From an uncultured virus (IMG/VR IMGVR_UViG_3300023198_000617) (Duplodnaviria; Heunggongvirae; Uroviricota; Caudoviricetes; Crassvirales): a stretch of 64,000 nt of DNA. Every line of letters starts with the position of its first letter. The first letter of the stretch is position 1. Shown one piece after another: positions 10,785 through 20,445 of the stretch. The position numbers and the translations under genes are program-made. Location: the IMG/VR virus record IMGVR_UViG_3300023198_000617; one strand, written 5' to 3'. A model generated the notes under the pieces. That model was not told where the DNA came from and ran no database searches. It was given only the letters and a program-made list of their open reading frames with translations.

Positions 10785-12971
10785 TTATGAAATCTTAATG
10801 TCTTCTGTCCTAATAAAATCCATTATACTTTTGTTACTATAGCCATTTGTGCCTGTACCAACATGACGTTTGAAGAAAGCATCATTTGTAATATTTTCTA
10901 TCTTCTTCTCATGCATATGTCGCTTATACTGAAGGCGATCCTCCCTGAATATCATGAGCATTATTAATGATGAAACATCATCAAAGTTGTCATTAGGGTT
11001 CCACGCAATAATTTCTTTTAAAAGAGGTATCGAACGGATTTTATCCAGATTCGTTACCTCTGATCCTTCTTCTTCTCCATACGCAATAGCACTCATCCAA
11101 TCTACTGCACGTTGTAATCCATACAGGATAACAGGAGTGGAGCCATAGGTTCCTTTCGAGTTATTCCCGAATGTATTAGCCTTGCTAATGCCTTTATCTT
11201 TTAGAATCTCAGGTTCATCTACAAGTAAATGAAGCTGGTTCCTATTATATAAGTACCCGTAAAATCCTTTTTTGTTTCGTTCATAGTTTGCAACAGCATT
11301 ATAATACTTCAGAATCCTACGACAGGTTTCAAAGAATTGATCTGCTGTTGGAGGTCTTCCCTTATACTGACAGACTATTCGATCCGTCAGAAGATCAAGT
11401 ACAAGAATTGATCCAACAGAAGATGTGGTAGATTCATCATCATCATAAGGGTCAATAGAAGCAATGTATCTACCTGACATAACCTCTCCTGCCTCATCTG
11501 CAACAGGAGGTTCGTAGATTTCAATCATTCCCGATCTCTTATTATCCTTTATCGGAAAATCATGAAGTGCTATTCCTTCATTATTATATTCAAACTTTAT
11601 ACGCTGATTAGTAGGATCAACAACAAGGTTGGCGTTCCAAATACTATCAACATATTTTGCTCTGTTTGTAAGTATCTGCGATAGCCGAGCTGATGCCCTG
11701 ATCGTATCGAACATTGTCCCCTGTACCCTGAGAAATGCTTCAGCAGGGTTCTTCGGTTGCTGTGTAATGAATTTATTGTAAGCGGAACGTGAACCCTTAC
11801 GCCTTTTAATCCGCTTCTCATCAAGTGAATCCTCTGCCTCCTGCCGATTTGAATTGCCTTGTGCATCCACGAAAGGAGTAGTAATTGTCTTTTCCTTGCC
11901 ATTGATAAAGTGTTTTTTGGTTACTGATCCCGGATAATACCACATATCATCTACGAACCATCCGCAATCACCTGTTGCATTTTCATCATATATATTCTCA
12001 TAACTCTTTAATCCGTAAGGCTCAGGGTTATAAAACATCTCAGCAAAGTCTGCTGTGCCTTTTTCCATATCACCACCAGTTCCCCATATCAAAGGGATTC
12101 CGGTCATAATATCACCGTCCCGAAAGGTAGGTTCTGATATTGTATAGGCTGTGAGAAGATGTTCAAATTTACCAGCTTCCTCAAAACCCATGAGATCAGT
12201 AGATTCACCAATGGATTTAAACGGATTATCCTTAAAGGATACAGCTTGTATTTCGGACATATATCCGTCCTCAACGTCCACTCCGGTTCCCGGATTTCGC
12301 ATGAGGAAAGATGCTCTAAAGTGGTCTCGTTTTGAGAGTTTCCCTTGTTTTTTGCCCCAATCCGTAATACGATTAACGTGGTTGATTGAAAAATGAATAC
12401 CATCGAGCGTAACCTTATAATGTCCTTTTTCATAAGCTGCGAGTATATTCATGGATGCAGGAATGAAGTTATAATTATAAGAGTAAACTCCTCCCGTAAC
12501 CTGATATGTAAAACCTTTTCTACGACTCTTCGCAATGATCATTCCATGCTTCTGATTCTGCGAATACGGTCCTTCAGCAGCACACTGTTCAAACTCATTG
12601 AACCAGTAGTAGTTATGATCTAAAAAACGTGGGAGAGTGATTATCTTACGGTTCTCACCTATCTTCTCCGCACCTGTATTCGGGTCAATCGGACGTGCCT
12701 TAATCAAACAAAAGTTCAAATAAAAGTAATGTCTTCCCGTAATCCGAATACCTCCCACGGTATATCCGTTTAGAACTCTGTGTTCCTGAATATCCCAATA
12801 ATCATTGTAATCCTTTGATCCGTAAGGAGCATCAGTATAGTAACCATGTTTTAAGAAATGTCGTCCTTCCTCTTGAAAGACAGCACTATTCACGAATCGT
12901 AAATACGGTTGATCCGCATTACTGATCGGATTAGATACTCCTTCCCACGGTTTAGCTATGACTATACTCAT
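10785..12971 (-). CDS. terL: terminase large subunit
   Basis: Walker A KSRRKGFTY, Walker B FEEAG, GTGG coupling motif, RNase H-like IASIDPY and NFDDVSS. Confidence 0.93.
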   Translation of the reverse strand: MSIVIAKPWEGVSNPISNADQPYLRFVNSAVFQEEGRHFLKHGYYTDAPYGSKDYNDYWDIQEHRVLNGYTVGGIRITGRHYFYLNFCLIKARPIDPNTGAEKIGENRKIITLPRFLDHNYYWFNEFEQCAAEGPYSQNQKHGMIIAKSRRKGFTYQVTGGVYSYNYNFIPASMNILAAYEKGHYKVTLDGIHFSINHVNRITDWGKKQGKLSKRDHFRASFLMRNPGTGVDVEDGYMSEIQAVSFKDNPFKSIGESTDLMGFEEAGKFEHLLTAYTISEPTFRDGDIMTGIPLIWGTGGDMEKGTADFAEMFYNPEPYGLKSYENIYDENATGDCGWFVDDMWYYPGSVTKKHFINGKEKTITTPFVDAQGNSNRQEAEDSLDEKRIKRRKGSRSAYNKFITQQPKNPAEAFLRVQGTMFDTIRASARLSQILTNRAKYVDSIWNANLVVDPTNQRIKFEYNNEGIALHDFPIKDNKRSGMIEIYEPPVADEAGEVMSGRYIASIDPYDDDESTTSSVGSILVLDLLTDRIVCQYKGRPPTADQFFETCRRILKYYNAVANYERNKKGFYGYLYNRNQLHLLVDEPEILKDKGISKANTFGNNSKGTYGSTPVILYGLQRAVDWMSAIAYGEEEGSEVTNLDKIRSIPLLKEIIAWNPNDNFDDVSSLIMLMIFREDRLQYKRHMHEKKIENITNDAFFKRHVGTGTNGYSNKSIMDFIRTEDIKIS

Positions 12972-12975
12972 TATG

Positions 12976-12983
12976 CAAAGTTA
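12976..12983 (-). promoter_or_regulatory. Bacteroidota-type -7 box TAACTTTG immediately before terL
   Basis: TAACTTTG-cata-ATG on the minus strand. Confidence 0.5.
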
Positions 12984-12988
12984 TAAAT

Positions 12989-13540
12989 TTATCCTCGTCT
13001 ATCAGGTGGCAGTTCTCTTGAAGCAATATGATCCCTACCTCTAAGCTGCATATTATCAGTTAATTCTTTCTCAACCTCATCTCTGAGAGTTTTAATCCCT
13101 TTGACAAGTTCACCCATTGCTTTGACGTTAGCAATAAAATTCTTAGCTGCTACTCCATTTGTGTCATCTTCGTCAAAATCAACATCTCTAAAATAGTCCC
13201 GTAGTTTTGAGAGTCCAAGTTCAACATCATTAAGAAGTTGCATAGAGAGTGTAGTCTGAAGTTCTACATATCTATTCTTAGCTTCATTTATCTCATTGTC
13301 AGGAGTCCACTGACGATCATCAAAGATGTCAAGTATAATCTTTGCCTCTCGTGTATCAATGTGATAATTACGATATACTGACTGATAATCAGTAACATGA
13401 TAAATGTAAGCAAGTTCTTTAAGTGCCCTATCCTTCTTATTTGATCGGTCTCGATTCCATATCTTCTTGAACTCCTTGATTATCAATGCTTCCGGGGAGA
13501 TGGTTAGGACTCCTGCACTGATTTCGATTAAGTTTTTCAC
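12989..13540 (-). CDS. crAss-like conserved protein upstream of terminase (gene 53-like; small terminase candidate)
   Basis: 183 aa. FKKIWNRDRS.KK.RALKELAYIY motif; canonical position between the IHF-like gene and terL. Confidence 0.6.
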   Translation of the reverse strand: MKNLIEISAGVLTISPEALIIKEFKKIWNRDRSNKKDRALKELAYIYHVTDYQSVYRNYHIDTREAKIILDIFDDRQWTPDNEINEAKNRYVELQTTLSMQLLNDVELGLSKLRDYFRDVDFDEDDTNGVAAKNFIANVKAMGELVKGIKTLRDEVEKELTDNMQLRGRDHIASRELPPDRRG

Positions 13541-13781
13541 GTTTCTTAATTAATTTTGGATTTATCTCCTCTGTATTTTTTCTCCTTGCAGGAGTTACTC
13601 GAAACAAACCAAACTTGAATAAACGAATATCTACAAACTCAAGTGTCCATCTATTTCCTTCACTCATACACTTTACAACGAACCGAAAGAATGAGGATAC
13701 TATCTCCTCAACTTGCTTGATGGTAAGATTCTCCTCTTCTGCAATCTTTCGGATTATAGCCTTTGTCCTACTGCTTCTCAC
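13437..13781 (-). CDS. IHF/HU-like DNA-binding protein
   Basis: IIRKIAEEENLT.KQVEEIV..FF followed by IRL..FG.F.V, the HU/IHF signature. Confidence 0.7.
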   Translation of the reverse strand: MRSSRTKAIIRKIAEEENLTIKQVEEIVSSFFRFVVKCMSEGNRWTLEFVDIRLFKFGLFRVTPARRKNTEEINPKLIKKREKLNRNQCRSPNHLPGSIDNQGVQEDMESRPIK

Positions 13782-14113
13782 GGTATCAATGGTTCAGGGT
13801 CCTTATCTTTAATTTTACTAAGTTCATCTTCCAACTCCTTAATCTTAGCGTCTTTTTCCTTGTTCTCTTTACCAGCTTTAGTCAGAATTATAGTAATAAA
13901 CATTATATTTCCTTCACAAAGAATATCATATCTATATTCACCATTTTTCTTTTTCTCCCATTTATCAAGAATTTTCTCGAACTTCGCTTTGTATGTCAGC
14001 AGTTGATTGGGATTCCCCTGATACATTTTTACTACTACTACCTCTTCCTTTAAACCTAAATGTGATTTCTTGATGTTGGAGGTACTTGAACCTATATTTT
14101 TGATTGATTTCAT
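13778..14113 (-). CDS. hypothetical protein (true start may be the internal ATG of MYQGNP)
   Basis: ORF fills the gap before the IHF-like gene and overlaps the upstream gene. Confidence 0.45.
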   Translation of the reverse strand: MKSIKNIGSSTSNIKKSHLGLKEEVVVVKMYQGNPNQLLTYKAKFEKILDKWEKKKNGEYRYDILCEGNIMFITIILTKAGKENKEKDAKIKELEDELSKIKDKDPEPLIP

Positions 14114-14393
14114 TCTTAGTCAGTAAGTTATGTTGTCTAAGCTCTTTATAAATATTATACAAATTCGCTTTAGAGATTCCAACCGAAGTAGCTATTTCTT
14201 CTTTTACACGATAATCAAATAGTTGATTCGGTGTTCCACCATTCTGCTCAATGAGATGAAGTTGATAAAGCATAGCTCCGAAGACATCTCTCTCCCTCTT
14301 CCTCAGCTCATTAAAAGGAGCAAACACTTTCAGCACTTCAATTAACTGGTGAAAGTATTTCTCCGGTTCAGTAACAATATTAAATTTTAGCAT
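13965..14393 (-). CDS. HTH DNA-binding protein
   Basis: KEEIATSVGISKANLYNIYKELRQHNLL winged-HTH pattern. Confidence 0.65.
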   Translation of the reverse strand: MLKFNIVTEPEKYFHQLIEVLKVFAPFNELRKRERDVFGAMLYQLHLIEQNGGTPNQLFDYRVKEEIATSVGISKANLYNIYKELRQHNLLTKNEINQKYRFKYLQHQEITFRFKGRGSSSKNVSGESQSTADIQSEVRENS

Positions 14394-14788
14394 TAGTTAA
14401 GATTGACATTGTTCAATCTACCCTTGCTAAACGGATGTGTTAAAATAGCATCAGAGTCTTCTTGTTGAGCAGCCTTAGACGCAATAATATTATTTGTTAG
14501 AAATGTTGTTCCGAGCAAGATAAAGTCAGTAAGAATCTTTCCAATGAAATCATTCTCATAATCACCTATTGTTTTTCCCGGTTGTATATGAACACTCTTA
14601 CGGTAAATATTTCCAAACACTTCTGATGATAAATCAAATACAAGAAATCTACGTTGAGTATCTTCACCTTCGCCAGTGAAGTACTCAATCTTATGTCCGA
14701 ACATAGGAGGAAATGATTTGGCAATCAGACTTTTAATCTGATCTACCATCTCATTTTTCCTACTTCTTATTTTTCTTACATCTTCCAT
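14393..14788 (-). CDS. hypothetical protein
   Basis: 131-aa ORF translationally coupled to the next gene. Confidence 0.6.
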   Translation of the reverse strand: MEDVRKIRSRKNEMVDQIKSLIAKSFPPMFGHKIEYFTGEGEDTQRRFLVFDLSSEVFGNIYRKSVHIQPGKTIGDYENDFIGKILTDFILLGTTFLTNNIIASKAAQQEDSDAILTHPFSKGRLNNVNLN

Positions 14789-14813
14789 ATCCGTTCAGTA
14801 AAGGTACGACATT

Positions 14814-15197
14814 TTAAGATTCTCGTGGTTTACCGACCTTTGGAATCACAATCTCAGGCTTCTCATCAGCAACAGCTTTCTCAGCTTTTTCACGTTGCTC
14901 TTCGATTAGCTTCCTACGATCCTCTGCTTCCTTCTGCCTGATAGCTTGTTCCTTAGCCTCAATTTCATCAAGTTGAGGTTGTGCTTCCATCCAGAGTTTC
15001 TTCGCATTGAAATATCGAACATTCAGTTCGAGTTCTTCAACTTGAAGTTTCTTCAGGTCATTACCGTCCCTGAGATTCTTTTTGTATTGAGCAAGTCTTT
15101 GTACTTCTTGCTTTGCAAACGCTTTCTCAGCAGCCTTTTGCTGTTCAGGAGTCATCTTCTCCTCCATCAAATTTTTGACTTTTGCTTCTCCGCTCAT
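14814..15197 (-). CDS. coiled-coil hypothetical protein
   Basis: Lys/Glu-rich. Start moved to MSGEAK so it does not overlap the upstream gene. Confidence 0.6.
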   Translation of the reverse strand: MSGEAKVKNLMEEKMTPEQQKAAEKAFAKQEVQRLAQYKKNLRDGNDLKKLQVEELELNVRYFNAKKLWMEAQPQLDEIEAKEQAIRQKEAEDRRKLIEEQREKAEKAVADEKPEIVIPKVGKPRES

Positions 15198-15207
15198 TTT
15201 TAGCCTT

Positions 15208-15462
15208 TTAATAATTAAACTGATTTGGTTTCTTACTAATGTGTTTGTTCTGATTGTTACGGGCATTATCAGCCTTGAACCACGGTATTACATAGGGTCC
15301 GGGTTCTCTAACAGTATCCCGTTGATTTCCGCATCCTTTGCAAACCGCTTCTTCCGCTTCAAGTCTATTAGCCTTCTCGTTCCATTTGAATTTAACGCTC
15401 GGAACTATTTCCTCAATTTTGTAACACTCACACTCCGGATCATTACAAATAAATCTTGGCAT
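15208..15462 (-). CDS. small zinc-ribbon protein (FmdB-like)
   Basis: MP.F.C...C...C..CG cysteine pattern. Confidence 0.6.
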   Translation of the reverse strand: MPRFICNDPECECYKIEEIVPSVKFKWNEKANRLEAEEAVCKGCGNQRDTVREPGPYVIPWFKADNARNNQNKHISKKPNQFNY

Positions 15463-15473
15463 AATAAAATATA

Positions 15474-15824
15474 TTAGGATGTTTGACTTTCTTCAATGTA
15501 ACGTTTCCATTTGTGAATTTCCTTAGCTCTTTGAACACGAATGTTCCCATGACGTAGAGAGAACTCTTTAGCAACCTTCTCTTTATAAGACTCGATATGC
15601 TTATCAATATCTTCCATAGGAAAGACACGCTCAGTAAAGTCTTCCCATCCATACTTGTTGATGATCATGAACTTTACACGCACTTCTTTCCCATCACTGG
15701 TAACACCAGCAGTTTTCCAGATTGTAAGAAATTTAGAGTATAGCCTTACCAACCTATCAAGATAGATTAACTTGTAGATAACAGGCTCGTCAAGAATGTC
15801 TATTAAACGATAAACTTTTTTCAT
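15474..15824 (-). CDS. hypothetical protein
   Basis: ORF; ATG of MKKVYR chosen because the upstream TTG lies inside the promoter box. Confidence 0.55.
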   Translation of the reverse strand: MKKVYRLIDILDEPVIYKLIYLDRLVRLYSKFLTIWKTAGVTSDGKEVRVKFMIINKYGWEDFTERVFPMEDIDKHIESYKEKVAKEFSLRHGNIRVQRAKEIHKWKRYIEESQTS

Positions 15825-15842
15825 ATAACATTTGTTATTAGC

Positions 15843-15874
15843 CAAAGTTAATATAAAATGTTATATGAAACAAA
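15843..15874 (-). promoter_or_regulatory. Bacteroidota sigma-A promoter (TTTG-N20-TAACTTTG)
   Basis: On minus: TTTG at 15874-15871, 20-nt spacer, TAACTTTG at 15850-15843. Confidence 0.75.
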
Positions 15875-15877
15875 ATT

Positions 15878-17290
15878 TTAATATGCTATGGTAAATTGTA
15901 ATGCTGACCAAGTTATAGGTTCATCTGTAGTACTACCAACTAACTGAATATCAATTGTAGTTGCTGTAGCATTTGTAACATCTAATGAAAGTACATCAGA
16001 ACCTATTACCGAAATATAAGCATTCATAACACTTCCTACACTATTCTGATAACAATGGACTATTGCAGAAATGTACGCTGCTGCTGAAGTACCACCATCA
16101 TATTGCTGTCGAAGAGCGTGTACAAGATAAGTTTCTCCATATCCCATTGTAAATAATACAGTAGTACCTGCGGCTTCAATTGAACCGGCAAGTGCAGTCT
16201 TATGTATCATGTCTCCAACTTCAACACTATTGTCCGATCTGAAACGTGTAGCATATAAATAATTTCCTGATATTCTAAAAGCAGAAGTTGAATGATCAAT
16301 ACTTTCATCTGTATCTACCAGAAGAAATTGTCCATTTGTTGCAATAGTAAAATTATTCAAAAATACATCTCCACTAACCTTTACATTACTACTAAGTGTT
16401 ATTCCTGCACTTGTTGTGAGTTCGGAGATTGAGTCTACGTGGAGTCCCGAAGGGTCCATTGTAGCCATTAAAGTACCAGATACAGTTGTTTGATCTTCAG
16501 CAGTTATAAAACGAATCATTGTAGCTGCATTGTAATTGGAACTACCTCCTCCAATATAAACATAGTTATTTGTTCCAGAACGTCCCGAAATTAATGCTAT
16601 TCCTTCTTCTGATTCGGTAACGTGCGGTAAAACTATCCGTCCTGCTTTAGTTACGCCATCCGTTCTTGTTGATGGACTTGCGGCATCAGAACCCAATAAA
16701 ATCTTTTCTCCAATTTGATCCAGCTCTGCTCCGTTCAATAGTTGAAGGCCAGCTATATCAATATTAACAATAGCTGTTCCTGTTAAAGTATTTGTATTTG
16801 GTGCTGCTATAATCCGTGTTCTTGTTGCCGCATTATATTGTGTGTTGCCTCCTCCAATATAAACTGTACTATTCGATGAAGAAGAAAGCCCCTGCATCGT
16901 TAAAAAATTCTCTTCAGCATTTGTATAATGCGGAATAAGTATTCTACCAGCCTTTCCAGTAGCATCTGTTCGAGCAAGTCCGTCAGTTGGAGTATCTCCA
17001 CCTAAAAGAATATTTAGCCCATACTGATCCAGTTCTCCTCCACCACCCAACATCAATGTAGACCCGTCAAAAGTAAGATTAACAGAATAATCATATCCAT
17101 CACCTGCTGCATTACTTACGGGTATTTCATACTGATTTCCAAATGTTACACCAGTATTCACCGTGTCAATCACTGCACTGAGAGTATCGTTGATCATATT
17201 GAGGTGTAGACCTCTACCTATGAAAACATCATTATCATTCTTATAATCATAAGTTATATTTCTGAATGAACTTAATTTCTCTATTGCCAT
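15878..17290 (-). CDS. putative tail fibre / virion spike protein with an internal ~100-aa repeat
   Basis: Two copies of ELDQ.G..ILLG.D....RTD...KAGRI..PH.T..EE...VYIGGG...YNAAT..R.I.A; Gly/Ser/Thr-rich. Confidence 0.6.
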   Translation of the reverse strand: MAIEKLSSFRNITYDYKNDNDVFIGRGLHLNMINDTLSAVIDTVNTGVTFGNQYEIPVSNAAGDGYDYSVNLTFDGSTLMLGGGGELDQYGLNILLGGDTPTDGLARTDATGKAGRILIPHYTNAEENFLTMQGLSSSSNSTVYIGGGNTQYNAATRTRIIAAPNTNTLTGTAIVNIDIAGLQLLNGAELDQIGEKILLGSDAASPSTRTDGVTKAGRIVLPHVTESEEGIALISGRSGTNNYVYIGGGSSNYNAATMIRFITAEDQTTVSGTLMATMDPSGLHVDSISELTTSAGITLSSNVKVSGDVFLNNFTIATNGQFLLVDTDESIDHSTSAFRISGNYLYATRFRSDNSVEVGDMIHKTALAGSIEAAGTTVLFTMGYGETYLVHALRQQYDGGTSAAAYISAIVHCYQNSVGSVMNAYISVIGSDVLSLDVTNATATTIDIQLVGSTTDEPITWSALQFTIAY

Positions 17291-17517
17291 AGCTGAAGTT
17301 TTTTAAAGTTATAAAATATTTAAATTGTCATCAAACAGGTGATAATCTCAAGTGTACTATGACGTTGATGGGATAAGTCGGTTGATGAACGTTTCATACG
17401 GACTTGCATATTAAAAATATTCTCTCTACCTTCGGTCTCGTACTCTCACACGCAAATTACCCACGCCTGTTTTTTTCTTTTGAACCCATCTTTTCTTTTC
17501 TTATAAGTTGAGATTTT

Positions 17518-17973
17518 TCACTGTTTTTCAAATAGAAATGTCATATAATCCTGACCTTCTCCATTATGTCTCACTATGTACTTCCTGTTATCAGCAGTCG
17601 AAGAGTAGACCGGAAAGATTTCATTAGACTGATAGACGAAAGCAAACTCGACATCCTCCGCAGTCGCTCTTATGTCCACGTCAAACGTTGTGCCTACTTT
17701 AGTTACATAATACCATTGTAAGGTATCATCATCGTCTGTCATCACCCTGAACATCTCCCACACCATCTCATGATGATGATCTGAATCTTCGAGAAATTCT
17801 TGAAAGAGAGAATCTGACCTATAGAGATTTTCAATCTTTTGTGGAGCTTCCATCACTTGTTTAAAGCCACCAATAGTAGTAGTGAGGGATACTCCAAATA
17901 TAAGCATTAGTGCTGTAGAGACTGTTGTAAGAAACGTTACTGAATCTCTGAATGAAATCTTTTTTACAGGCAT
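17518..17973 (-). CDS. membrane-anchored hypothetical protein
   Basis: N-terminal hydrophobic helix; first gene of the leftward block. Confidence 0.55.
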   Translation of the reverse strand: MPVKKISFRDSVTFLTTVSTALMLIFGVSLTTTIGGFKQVMEAPQKIENLYRSDSLFQEFLEDSDHHHEMVWEMFRVMTDDDDTLQWYYVTKVGTTFDVDIRATAEDVEFAFVYQSNEIFPVYSSTADNRKYIVRHNGEGQDYMTFLFEKQ

Positions 17974-18009
17974 ACGTGCAAGTTACAATATTTTTTTCTT
18001 CAAAATAAA

Positions 18010-18092
18010 AAAAATTTTTATAGTCACGTAAGAGTTGACTCTTTAATTTTTCTAAAAATTTTATGGAAACCCGTAAGAGTTGACCATCTTAA
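18010..18092. repeat. imperfect tandem direct repeat (core cgtaagagttgac, 45-nt period) at the strand-divergence point
   Basis: cgtaagagttgac at 18027-18039 and 18072-18084, each preceded by aaaattttat. Confidence 0.8.
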
Positions 18093-18164
18093 ACGGACCC
18101 CGACTACGCTTTAGGAAAGGGGCATAACCCGTATGTTTAATTATTAAATCAAAGATTCAAAATT

Positions 18165-18527
18165 ATGGCAAGAGATAAGACTAAAATTACTCATTCTATC
18201 CGTCCCAAGAAGGTACGGAATCACTACGTAAGCTCTAAGGATGGTGCTAAAGGCACTCCTTGCACCATGATCATCTTCAAAGCTCCCAAAGGAGTTGGGA
18301 CCATTAATGATGATGGTAAACTTTATTACTTTCACGAAAGTCCAAAGTTTAAAGTCCCGATTGATCACTTTACAGGTAAAGCTCTCAAATGGGACTACGA
18401 TGCGGACGAGAAAGAGTTCTCGGAACCCGGCATCGACAAGAAGCTTTCTGACAAAGCGTTCTTGAAGGTTCTCGACCTTGAGACTAAAGCTCGATTGTTC
18501 GGAACAGCAGCAGCGGAGAAGCCTTAA
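18165..18527 (+). CDS. hypothetical early protein
   Basis: 120 aa, first gene of the rightward block, followed by a hairpin. Confidence 0.7.
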   Translation: MARDKTKITHSIRPKKVRNHYVSSKDGAKGTPCTMIIFKAPKGVGTINDDGKLYYFHESPKFKVPIDHFTGKALKWDYDADEKEFSEPGIDKKLSDKAFLKVLDLETKARLFGTAAAEKP

Positions 18528-18626
18528 CAGGCCTTCTCCCTGCCCCTTTCCTCTATTATATAAACCGATTAATTCCCTCTATATAAATTAATAGCTTTTT
18601 CCTCTACTAAACACAGACTTAGATTT

Positions 18627-18875
18627 ATGAAAAGACTTTCTTTCTTCACCTTTATGGTGATAGCAATTGCATCCTGTACTCCTAAGAGTGCAATGATGAC
18701 CAAAGCTATCGTTCTTGATGGCTATGATGACATTGAAGTTGTCAACAACCAATACCTATACAAAGTATCTGTTCCTGCTTATGGGATAGTAAGCTCTCAT
18801 GCTGATTGGAAACTCTATGATCAAGGTGACACAATCCTGATTCATGATCGTTGGAGAAACTATGATGTACAATGA
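18627..18875 (+). CDS. putative lipoprotein
   Basis: MKR-hydrophobic stretch-IASC lipobox. Confidence 0.6.
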   Translation: MKRLSFFTFMVIAIASCTPKSAMMTKAIVLDGYDDIEVVNNQYLYKVSVPAYGIVSSHADWKLYDQGDTILIHDRWRNYDVQ

Positions 18876-19404
18876 TATGAGTTACGCTCAATATATCAGA
18901 CTATTAATAAGACAATATCATTATGAGATTGCTATATCAGAAATTATTGGTATACCATTCTCTTTTGATAAAGGTGAAACTACAACGCATCAACGTATGC
19001 TTGATGTTGGTCTTTTAAACTAATACGGCTCAGGCAATATTGCCGCAAAACAACTGCCGTGAATATGAAGATAGGCGTTCATCTTATAGCTTTGATGATG
19101 TAAGTCCAATGCATCGAACGTAGCTGTTCCCAAGCCTCAGACAAGAGGTAGTATTAAAACAACAAAGTATAAAGAGTTTCGAGATCACAGACACCTGCTA
19201 AGGCTGGATGTCACCGACTCGGTTCTCTTTTTAAAGGCTTCGGTTGTCGTCTGTCCCTGCGGGATAGAGAGCTATGACCGGAGTCTTTATTTATATACAA
19301 ATAGTGATTAAGGCGTGAAAATCGTGCGTTCAAGAGCAATCTTGAGGTTCACTTAATATTAAGTGATATAACAATCTAATACTTTAAACAAAAACAAAGA
19401 AATT

Positions 19405-19857
19405 ATGGCAAAGAAGAGACTTACTGTAGCGAAAACCCACAAAAGAATTGCTAAACTTAACAAGAAATGCAAATCAATCATAGATGATTTGAGTGAGTTA
19501 AGAAATTTATCAGTACGTGGTAAGAAACTTGCAGACATGGATAAGAACTACATCCTGTACAACATTGCAATGTTCAAAACTATGATTCAGGAGTGTAATG
19601 ATATGTATCCTGAAGGTCCTGTTCGTGATCAACTGATCAGTGAAACAGTTGGTAAAGACATCCATGAAAAAATGGATAAGATGCGTCATTACATCACTCT
19701 AAGCTATGAACGTGATGATTTGAATGAACGTGTTTATAAGCTTGAAGACTATGTTGCATCACTTCCTCGTGCTGAAAGAGATGCATACAAGCTTGAGCAG
19801 ACTGCTGAGAATGTAGATGAACGTGATCTTGGTGAGGATGATGGAGAAAACAATTAG
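19405..19857 (+). CDS. hypothetical protein
   Basis: 150-aa ORF with AT-rich leader. Confidence 0.65.
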   Translation: MAKKRLTVAKTHKRIAKLNKKCKSIIDDLSELRNLSVRGKKLADMDKNYILYNIAMFKTMIQECNDMYPEGPVRDQLISETVGKDIHEKMDKMRHYITLSYERDDLNERVYKLEDYVASLPRAERDAYKLEQTAENVDERDLGEDDGENN

Positions 19858-20040
19858 ACAATATATCTTTATTCAATTGGTATGCATTTGCTGTGATCAT
19901 TCACAGCATTTGCCTATCAATATGAATGCGTTTTGTAAGTGGAGACTTGGACTCATGGTATTTGACCACAGTTTTCCAATGCTTACTGACGATGAAAAGA
20001 GATTTTTAACCACTGGATATTGTAAAAATTGTAAGAAATA

Positions 20041-20445
20041 ATGGAAAGTAAAATATATACTTTAAAGAATGGATTAAGGGTTGTTAATTTTAGCAGTCCT
20101 CATTCCTTCCTCTTTACAGACAGTACAGTTATACCTGCCGTTAAAGACGACAAGGCACGAAACCTTATGCTTGAAGTAGAAGAAATGCGTGTTTCACAAC
20201 GCAATAGTAGGTTTCGTACTGTTAAACTGGATTGGAGTCTGTCAGAATCAGTCTCAGAAGAGATAGATTACTGGTTTACATTCTTCGCAATGAAGAAAGT
20301 AGATGTAGTTATCGTACCTTTGCCTGTAATGACAGCACTCAAGTCTATTTGGCTTGAAAAAGATATTATCAAGTCACCCTTTAGAGTGATAAGAGTAGCA
20401 GATCGTATCACAAAAGCTATACATACTGATAAGTTCTGTATCTGA
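20041..20445 (+). CDS. hypothetical protein
   Basis: 134 aa, NFSSPH.F.F.D motif, coupled to its neighbours. Confidence 0.65.
   Translation: MESKIYTLKNGLRVVNFSSPHSFLFTDSTVIPAVKDDKARNLMLEVEEMRVSQRNSRFRTVKLDWSLSESVSEEIDYWFTFFAMKKVDVVIVPLPVMTALKSIWLEKDIIKSPFRVIRVADRITKAIHTDKFCI

Noticed and set aside
13778..14113. Programmed frameshift joining the overlapping ORFs 13965-14393 and 13778-14113
   Set aside because: The T-TTA-AAG heptamer is in the wrong frame to fuse the upstream ORF to the downstream one. An internal ATG explains the second gene.
19075..19135. Hammerhead ribozyme (ttgatga...cgaa)
   Set aside because: The core lacks the exact CUGANGA and GAAA elements, and stems I and III could not be built convincingly
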